Virus record (IMG/VR): IMGVR_UViG_3300027906_000002
Coordinates: 64,001 to 128,000 of that record
Origin: a virus
Length of the DNA: 64,000 nt
Strand: one strand, 5' to 3'
Made by a program: the position numbers and the translations under genes. Within the stretch, counting starts at the first letter, position 1. Each line of letters begins with the position of its first letter. Positions 59,301 to 64,000 of this stretch are shown here, one piece after another. The notes under the pieces were generated by a model. The model saw nothing but the letters and a program-made list of their open reading frames with translations. It did no database searches and had not been told where the DNA came from.

Positions 59301-60182
59301 GCAACTGGAGTTGCTACATCATCCTCTGGATCAGGAACAGGTGCTACTGTTAACATTACTGCTACAAACGGTGTTCTTACCAACGTCTCAGTTAATGCTG
59401 CTGGATCTGGATATGCAAACGGTGAGACATTAACTATTGCTAACGCTAATTCATCTGGTGTCAAGACTCTTGGATCAATTGCTACTGCTGGTACTGGATA
59501 CTCTGCAGGAACTGTTGCTACAGGAGCAAGTGGATCTGGTGCTGGACTAACAGTTTCTATTAGTGTTGATGGTTCGGGTGCTGTAACTGGTGCGACTATC
59601 GTTAACGATGGTTTGAACTATGCTGCTTCTGAAGTTATTACACTAACAAATGCTAATGCATCTGGTGTTAAAACTCTTGGAACTATCTCTGCTGCTGGTA
59701 CTGGATATACTGAAGGAACTACAACTGGAGTTGCTACATCATCCTCTGGATCAGGAACAGGATTGACAGTTGATGTAACTGCTAATGCTAGTGGAAATGT
59801 TACTGCTGTTGCTATCAATGTTGATGGATTGAATTATGCAGCATCCGAAGTTATAACTATTACAGGTGGTGGTGGGGATGCTACTATCCCAGTTTCTGCT
59901 ATACATGGTAATGGAGCAACAATCCCTGTTTCTGCTATACATGGCACAGGAGCTTCACTTAATACTTCAACTACCTTTACCAATGCTACATTCGCTCTAT
60001 CTGACATCACAACGATGGAAGTTGGTGCAACTGTAACTGGTGGTACTTCAGGTTCAACAGGAGTTATCACTGCTCTAGGTGCTACTTCAGTTACCGTTGA
60101 TAATGTTGATGGATTCTTCAAGAAAGGAGAAACCGTTGGTGCTAATGATGTTACTAACTTGACTATCCAATCATTCGCTTAA
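53370..60182 (+). CDS. Tail-fibre-like structural protein with Mtd_N-type N-terminal domain (2270 aa)
   Basis: RIQLRRG..EW..NPTLAQGELGIELDTGRFKIGDGVTAWNSLRY; Gly/Thr-rich fibre repeats; TEGSxNLYYT repeats. Confidence 0.8.
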   Translation: MANRIQLRRGGAQEWANSNPTLAQGELGIELDTGRFKIGDGVTAWNSLRYERPVESTSNTANTLVQRDADGNFAAGTITSTLIGNASTSTRLASTRQIQLSDDIQASGVFDGSTNLNLSTSLELISTLPHYDGTGTAEGTYTKVTVDAKGRIKTATNPTTLAAYGLDTSIEGSGAQPYDNDLNAIASLTTTGFISRTSSGATSTRTITGTATRIAITEGAGINDNPSIDLITTAVTAAEYNAASLTSIAGSETVNTNNYIVDSYGRLTSSVTLPIATATQGTTAAAYNNGSTYSRNDQITNASNLYQAIADVTAGAGAPTHTDATDAGSWRWLGASASPQKGLASFDQEDFDVSAAGHVTFAAGAIDNDQLQNSRISFADGNSKEDFDLDQELTATTGYRGFNYLNYLKVNDTSGNLLFGANNTGDGGAGEVDINARLYFSDADITLDGAVAQTLDKTGDGNLTFQTTQNSTSARSLSILATNSGSGTSTVTISAEDVVDIDASDAAGKVHVENLRFQGNYMGGTGDILIDPNDDRDITGLVTIRGNLQVDGTTTTVNSTVTTLDDPIITLGGDSAPGSDDNKDRGVEFRYYDSSAKVGFFGYDDSYSDLAGHSGGFRFLYDATNTSEVFAGTDAGVIGGNLKLTTGTASTTNTTGDLVVAGGAGIGGSVNIGGSVDIDTNLTVHGTTLHDDNIVIQGASKVLQLNNGSGTTRVELQSTTGNASFYGVVDITNNLNINATKFNVVAASGNTAIAGTLTVSDETIVKADNKTFKVQTAAGVDKFVVDTDNGDTNTEGKLNVADLVHFESTDNPNIVSGAPHTIGSADYGALRVDGGGYFDKDVLFNGDLYLNGDFNQQEDATENYGLRNYLSVRYKLRTGSVAAYTPSYSNHNTSNLRVFGGAGVNTSLHVGGTGSGEGFFVGKKNSGDSVKFQVLGASGDITSEGDLVQNGNSEFNGTVDVDADFAVRSGTTDKFFVDNATGDTNIEGTLTADGHVEFNTTLNVDGATTLQDNVTINADNKAFKIQNNSNVDKFVVDTDNGNTETQGTLTVQGQTNIIDSLVINAANESFDVQNGSAVSKFSIDTDNGNTNIIGTLTVGDATQINDTFQTSGVNTFTANTQQTLTGSYAADGAIRLTGGAAIGKNLAIGEGLRVYGNTELSSALDLNASADVSGNFVISNTDEATSLADNSVALQVSGGATIDKNTYIGGNFVVYDGTNTRSAFTVTNSSGDGEFHNDLTVGGNLIVNGSTTTVNSTVTTLDDPIITLGGDTAPSSNDAKDRGVEFRYYDGSAKIGFFGYDRSANQFAFLTTVTNTAEVMAGTDGALRIGSLNVTGAGTSVDIDNNLNVDGTATVDGQIISNLTTGTAPFSIASTTKVNNLNVDYLDNMTTASANTASTVVNRDGSGDFAANQITAASAAGAGAGFLGNASSADIWKTARVLTIDGVVNGNVSIDGSAAVTLTTTYDDADITALAAQSGTGYMVRTAANTYAHRTFGVTASSGITLTNADGISGNTTINVASASSNAANNLVIRDASGDFAANEITSDLVGNLTGATSTTKDLNPAADSTYDLGTNTVRWQGIFADAANITAITGALTGNVTGQVSDISNHNTGALTEGSNLYYTNERVDDRVNALIVAGTGITKVYDDAAGTYTLTVTQADVNTDNVTEGSTNLFTTAARTRTHFTYGTGITHDGSGALSVTQADINTDNVTEGSTNLFTTAARTRTHFTYGTGIKLATADIAIDFTEFNTDSITEGSSNLYYTDARADARIAAADTGDLTEGSNLYYTDARADARIAAADTDDLSEGSTNLYYTDARANVRVAAATGANLDLSSKSTTNLSEGTNQYYTEARVQAKLDNAFEQLSAMLNNLATSTTLVLNLSGDPTPGSVVTLGSIVTNGVGGFTNATGVATSGGTGSGLTVDTTTVGGVVSAIALNAAGSGYEVGDTLTLTNPNLGGVSTLNLGTLVGGTGYVTATGVATSSSGSGTGATVNITATNGVLTNVSVNAAGSGYANGETLTIANANSSGVKTLGSIATAGTGYSAGTVATGASGSGAGLTVSISVDGSGAVTGATIVNDGLNYAASEVITLTNANASGVKTLGTISAAGTGYTEGTTTGVATSSSGSGTGLTVDVTANASGNVTAVAINVDGLNYAASEVITITGGGGDATIPVSAIHGNGATIPVSAIHGTGASLNTSTTFTNATFALSDITTMEVGATVTGGTSGSTGVITALGATSVTVDNVDGFFKKGETVGANDVTNLTIQSFA
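55029..57272 (+). repeat. Two copies of a 51-aa segment (55029-55181 and 57120-57272)
   Basis: 45 of 51 residues identical (TTTVNSTVTTLDDPIITLGGD...GFFGYD). Confidence 0.9.
58200..58935 (+). repeat. Seven TxxxxEGSxNLY/F repeats
   Basis: LTEGSNLYYT, VTEGSTNLFTT x2, ITEGSSNLYYT, LTEGSNLYYT, LSEGSTNLYYT, LSEGTNQYYT. Confidence 0.85.
59302..59761 (+). repeat. Exact 40-bp direct repeat (59302-59341 and 59722-59761)
   Basis: CAACTGGAGTTGCTACATCATCCTCTGGATCAGGAACAGG occurs twice, 420 bp apart, in frame. Confidence 0.9.
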
Positions 60183-60187
60183 GATAA

Positions 60188-60994
60188 ATGTCAGCTACAA
60201 GACCAGCAACTAAAACTGAGATAAAAGATTATGCTCTTCGTAGGTTAGGATATCCTACGATAGACATCAACGTTGCTACTGAGCAACTAGATGATCTTAT
60301 TGAAGAAGCAATCGATTACTATCAGGAATATCATTATAATGGAAGTTATAAAACTTTCATGAGAGTTGAAGTTACACAGGCTATGTTGGATCAGGCAGAG
60401 GGATTTACTCAGGAAGGTTCAACTTCGTGGTATGGTGCAGACAATTATATTGATACACCTCCAGGAATGTTAGGTATCAATCATGTGTATACCAATATTG
60501 GTATGTCGAAAATGTCTGGTGGTAATATATTCAATATTAAATATCAACTCTTCTTGAATGATATGTACAATATGACGCATGGTCGTATTTTACATTACTT
60601 TATGACTTCTCAATATCTTGAGACTTTAGATTGGGTGACCAACTCTCAAGCAAATCGTAGAATTAAATGGAACGAGCAACAAGGTCGACTTTATATGGAC
60701 TTTGATTGGAAAGATATATCACCAGGTGATTATATTATGGTTGATTGTAACATGCGTCAAGACCCAGAAACTTATACTTCTATGTACAATGATAACTGGT
60801 TGAAGGATTATGTGGAAGCACTTTTCCAACAACAGTGGGGTCGTAACTTAAGTAAGTATGATGGCATTCAAATGCTAGGTGGTGTTACACTTAATGGTCG
60901 TCAGATTCTTGAGGATGCATCAACCTTTAAAGTGGATCTTGAAAAAGAACTGCGTGATCGTTATGAGTTACCACCATTAGATCTAGTAGGTTAA
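60188..60994 (+). CDS. gp13: Neck protein gp13
   Basis: KDYALRRLGYPTIDINV...WLKDYVEALFQQQWGRNLSKYDGIQMLGGVTLNG. Confidence 0.93.
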   Translation: MSATRPATKTEIKDYALRRLGYPTIDINVATEQLDDLIEEAIDYYQEYHYNGSYKTFMRVEVTQAMLDQAEGFTQEGSTSWYGADNYIDTPPGMLGINHVYTNIGMSKMSGGNIFNIKYQLFLNDMYNMTHGRILHYFMTSQYLETLDWVTNSQANRRIKWNEQQGRLYMDFDWKDISPGDYIMVDCNMRQDPETYTSMYNDNWLKDYVEALFQQQWGRNLSKYDGIQMLGGVTLNGRQILEDASTFKVDLEKELRDRYELPPLDLVG

Positions 60995-60997
60995 TGT

Positions 60998-61924
60998 ATG
61001 GCATATTCAAATACACCAGCACAGGATTACGTTCAGTCAGACTATACTAATTCTGCAAGATTGAACATTAATGGTTCTGCTCAAGAGCAGAAGTTCATGG
61101 AAAACTTAGTTGTAGAGAGCATTGAAATTTACGGGCAAGATATTTACTACGTGCCGAGAACTATTGTCAACCGTGATACAGTCTTCGGAGAGGACTCTGA
61201 TGGCAAATTTGAAAGTGCCAAAGCTATTCGTGCCTATGTCAATAATGTTGAAGGATGGGAAGGCCAAGGCGAGCTTCTTACGAAGTTTGGAATCCGCATC
61301 GAGGATAAGACAACGTTTATATTCTCCCGTGAAAAGTTTAAAGAAAAGGTTGATGACTCGACTGTACTCAATGTCGAAGGAAGACCCAACGAAGGGGATT
61401 TAATTTGGTTCCCACTAACAAAACATTTATTTGAAATTAAGTTTGTAGAAGTCGAACGTCCTTTCTATCAGTTAGGTAAAGGGTATGTTTGGGAATGTCA
61501 GTGCGAACTCTTCGAGTATAGTGACGAAGAGATTGATACTGGTCTCGCTGCTCTTGATGCTATAGAGACTAACTTTGCTAATGCTATTACAGTTGGTCTT
61601 GTTGCTGGTGGGTCAGGAGACTTTACTGTTGGTGAGACTGTAACTGGTGGAACATCTAATGTTACTGCTGAAGTTAAGTCTTGGGATTCTGGTACAAGGA
61701 CACTTATTGTTATTAATCGCTCTGGTACGTTTACTATACCAGAGACAATTACAGGAGGTACATCCAGTGCATCTTGGACAACGGCTACATATAATACAGT
61801 AGATAATAAGAATATTACCTACGATCAAAACTACGAGTTTGAAACAGCTGACAACGATATTATCGACTTTAGCGAATCTAATCCATTTGGTACAGTTGCA
61901 TCATCCACTGACTTGACAATCTAA
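60998..61924 (+). CDS. gp14: Neck protein gp14
   Basis: ESIEIYGQDIYYVPR, RPNEGDLIWFP, PFYQLGKGYVWECQCELFEYSDEEIDTG. Confidence 0.93.
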   Translation: MAYSNTPAQDYVQSDYTNSARLNINGSAQEQKFMENLVVESIEIYGQDIYYVPRTIVNRDTVFGEDSDGKFESAKAIRAYVNNVEGWEGQGELLTKFGIRIEDKTTFIFSREKFKEKVDDSTVLNVEGRPNEGDLIWFPLTKHLFEIKFVEVERPFYQLGKGYVWECQCELFEYSDEEIDTGLAALDAIETNFANAITVGLVAGGSGDFTVGETVTGGTSNVTAEVKSWDSGTRTLIVINRSGTFTIPETITGGTSSASWTTATYNTVDNKNITYDQNYEFETADNDIIDFSESNPFGTVASSTDLTI

Positions 61925-62955
61925 TGCTAGGAACCTATTCATATCACGAGATATTTAGAAAGACTATTGTAGCTTTCGGAACAATGTTTAACAACATTGA
62001 AATACGTCGCCAAGATGAGGTGATGAAAGTTCCATTGGCATATGGTCCTAAGCAGAAATTTTTAGCTCGTTTGGATCAGAACCCAGATCCTACAAACAAA
62101 AGGGTTCAAATTACTTTACCTAGATTATCATTTGAAATATCAGGTGTGTCTTATGATCCAGGTAGAAAGGTTTCACCTACACAAAAGATTAAATTTAAAA
62201 AGGATGTAAATGAAAACAAGAATGCTTTCATGCCCGTTCCATATAATATTAATTTTGAGTTAGCAATTATATCTAAAAATCAAGATGACGGATTACAAAT
62301 CATTGAGCAAATTCTTCCGTACTTTCAACCTCATTATAATCTCTCAGTTAAACTCGCAACGACAATCGGGGAGACCAAGGATGTCCCAGTAGTTTTACAG
62401 GATATATCTTATGAGGATGACTATGAGGGAGACTTTGCAAATCGTAGAGCAATAATATATACACTTCAGTTTACTGCGAAAACTTATCTATACGGTCCTA
62501 TTACGGATGCGAAGACTATCAAGAAGTCTATTACAGATTACTATACCAGTACAGATACAACCAAAGCACCAAGAGAGAAACGTTACACCGTTACTCCTAC
62601 TGCGTTAACAGATCAGGATGGAGTGGGACTTACTACTCTTACTGCTGCAATGGATATAAATGATGGTATAATATCTGTAGCTAGTGTATCATCTCTAGAA
62701 CAAGGAGTTGATATTCAGATTGGTACTGAGGTTATGCATATCAACAGAGTTGTTGGTAGCACCCTTCATGTCAGTCGAGGATGGAATAACACAACCATTG
62801 CAGGGCATCAGAACGGTGCAGCTATTCTCAAGATAGATGAGGATGATGCAGCACTACTTGATTCTGATGATGACTTTGGGTTTGGTGAGTTATTCTCAGA
62901 CTATACTGATAATAAGAAACGCAATCCTGTTAGCGGTCAAGACGAAACAATTTAA
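61924..62955 (+). CDS. gp15: Tail sheath stabilizer/completion protein gp15
   Basis: FRKTIVAFGTMFNNI, VPLAYGPKQKFLARL, LEQ-like IEQILPYFQP, IIYTLQFTAKTYLYGP. Confidence 0.93.
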   Translation: MLGTYSYHEIFRKTIVAFGTMFNNIEIRRQDEVMKVPLAYGPKQKFLARLDQNPDPTNKRVQITLPRLSFEISGVSYDPGRKVSPTQKIKFKKDVNENKNAFMPVPYNINFELAIISKNQDDGLQIIEQILPYFQPHYNLSVKLATTIGETKDVPVVLQDISYEDDYEGDFANRRAIIYTLQFTAKTYLYGPITDAKTIKKSITDYYTSTDTTKAPREKRYTVTPTALTDQDGVGLTTLTAAMDINDGIISVASVSSLEQGVDIQIGTEVMHINRVVGSTLHVSRGWNNTTIAGHQNGAAILKIDEDDAALLDSDDDFGFGELFSDYTDNKKRNPVSGQDETI

Positions 62956-62957
62956 TT

Positions 62958-63539
62958 ATGGCAAAAATTGAAACTCTTTATCCCACAGCCATGTATGTGG
63001 AAGATAGGATAGAGAACTTTGATGATGTTCAAAAAGAAATGGAAGAATGTCTAAAGGATGTTGAATATTCATTTCATGAAAGTTGGGGAACTCACTGGCT
63101 TTCTAATTTAGAATTTACTGAGAATAAACTATTACAATCTATGCCTTTATTTGCTGCAGAGTTATCTAAGCATATAGAGGCATATTGTAATACAATGAAG
63201 TTTTTTGATAAGACTTATGTTGAAATAATATCTTCATGGTTCTCTAAATTTGAAAAAGGTAACCATGCTCACATACACAATCATAAGGGTTCTGATATAA
63301 GTGGTGTGTATTATTTTAAAACTACTGGTGATGATGGTCATATATTCTTTACTACACCCAATCAGTATACTGAGATGAGTGATGTGTGGTCATCTGATAG
63401 GTTTAGTCATTCATCTGATGAAGGTAAATTACTTATATTTCCTTCATATTTAAAACATGGGGTTACTACTAACCTAACTAGTAGTACAAGAATAAGTTTT
63501 TCTTTTAATCTCAAAGTACATGAGTGGGTAAATGAATAA
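62958..63539 (+). CDS. 2OG-Fe(II) oxygenase (TIGR02466-like)
   Basis: LYPTAMY, HAHIHNHKGSDISGVYY, LIFPSYLKHGV, RISFSFN. Confidence 0.85.
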   Translation: MAKIETLYPTAMYVEDRIENFDDVQKEMEECLKDVEYSFHESWGTHWLSNLEFTENKLLQSMPLFAAELSKHIEAYCNTMKFFDKTYVEIISSWFSKFEKGNHAHIHNHKGSDISGVYYFKTTGDDGHIFFTTPNQYTEMSDVWSSDRFSHSSDEGKLLIFPSYLKHGVTTNLTSSTRISFSFNLKVHEWVNE

Positions 63540-63951
63540 AGATTTCTCTGGATTAGACCAGGTATTTGGGGATGAACCAACCGATCTAGAACAACATGTA
63601 GAAAAAACAAAAGTTCTAAGAAAGAGTCAAACACCTGATGTGCAACAGGATTATGAAATTTCTCGTGCTCAGTTGCACAATCTAGTAATGAAAGGACAGG
63701 AGGCAGTAGATGGTATACTTGATGTGGCACGAGCAAGTGATCATCCTCGTGCTTATGAAGTTGCTGCAACGACAATCAAAGCAGTGGGAGATGTAGCAGA
63801 TAAGTTGATAGACCTTCAAGGTAAGATGAAAGAGTTGGATAAGGAAGATAAGAAAGGTCCAACTAATGTAACCAATGCAATGTTTGTTGGGAGTACATCC
63901 GACTTACAGAAGATGTTAAAAAACATAAATAAGACAGAAGAAACAACATAG
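63532..63951 (+). CDS. gp16: Terminase small subunit gp16
   Basis: DYEISRAQLHNLV..GQEAVDGILDVARASDHPRAYEV, TNAMFVGSTSDLQKML. Confidence 0.93.
   Translation: MNKDFSGLDQVFGDEPTDLEQHVEKTKVLRKSQTPDVQQDYEISRAQLHNLVMKGQEAVDGILDVARASDHPRAYEVAATTIKAVGDVADKLIDLQGKMKELDKEDKKGPTNVTNAMFVGSTSDLQKMLKNINKTEETT
63925..63931 (+). promoter_or_regulatory. Possible T4-like late promoter
   Basis: ATAAATA 28 nt upstream of ATG 63959, within the gp16 3' end. Confidence 0.45.
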
Positions 63952-63958
63952 ACACGAC

Positions 63959-64000
63959 ATGACAGTTCTCAACGTATTAAGTACCAACAGTGTGGCTGCT
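63959..64000 (+). CDS. 5' end of a hypothetical protein (truncated)
   Basis: ATG 63959 opens MTVLNVLSTNSVAA to the window edge. Confidence 0.55.
   Translation, partial: MTVLNVLSTNSVAA

Noticed and set aside
58916-59464. 182-aa minus-strand ORF and the many other antisense or alternate-frame ORFs inside gp6, gp7, VrlC and the fibre gene
   Set aside because: Shadow ORFs expected from strong GGT/ACT/GCT codon bias on the plus strand; low-complexity translations with no starts or motifs.
53370-60182. Diversity-generating retroelement suggested by the Mtd_N-like N-terminus
   Set aside because: No reverse transcriptase in the window; the repeat pairs differ at synonymous positions rather than adenine-specific ones; no C-terminal VR/TR pair seen.
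63407-63775. 122-aa minus-strand ORF
   Set aside because: Antisense to the oxygenase and gp16; composition is not protein-like.
1-64000. tRNA or rRNA genes and alternative genetic code
   Set aside because: Intergenic gaps are too short or lack cloverleaf/T-loop motifs; long ORFs translate cleanly with the standard code and use TAA, TAG and TGA as stops.

Overview
64 kb of an AT-rich T4-like cyanomyovirus genome (Kyanoviridae, resembling Prochlorococcus phage P-SSM2 in gene order). All credible genes are on the + strand. Bases 1-2400 hold small hypothetical ORFs and a regulatory or origin-like junction: boxes matching the cyanobacterial DnaA box TTTTCCACA, sigma70-type promoters in both directions, a one-gene cassette with its own terminator, and a GC-rich hairpin segment. 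Bases 2.4-9.6 kb are a tightly overlapping operon: AbrB-like ORF, Cys-rich structural protein, PAAR spike tip, a basic peptide, and heme oxygenase ho1 among four 2OG-Fe(II) oxygenase domains. The rest is the late virion module: gp25, gp6, an 8394-aa gp7-like protein, a gp9-like protein, a frameshifted YHYH protein, gp8, VrlC/DUF4815-like protein, an Mtd_N tail fibre, gp13, gp14, gp15, another oxygenase and gp16. The most striking observation is that the 23 'FTC...YPR' beta-modules of the giant gp7 are not a simple tandem array. Split half-modules pair like balanced brackets, and 21 modules appear inserted into one loop of a helical domain, which predicts a branched, Russian-doll protein. Other leads are amicyanin-type copper-site motifs in baseplate proteins and the DnaA-box cluster. 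Family assignments come from motif recognition only; no searches were run.
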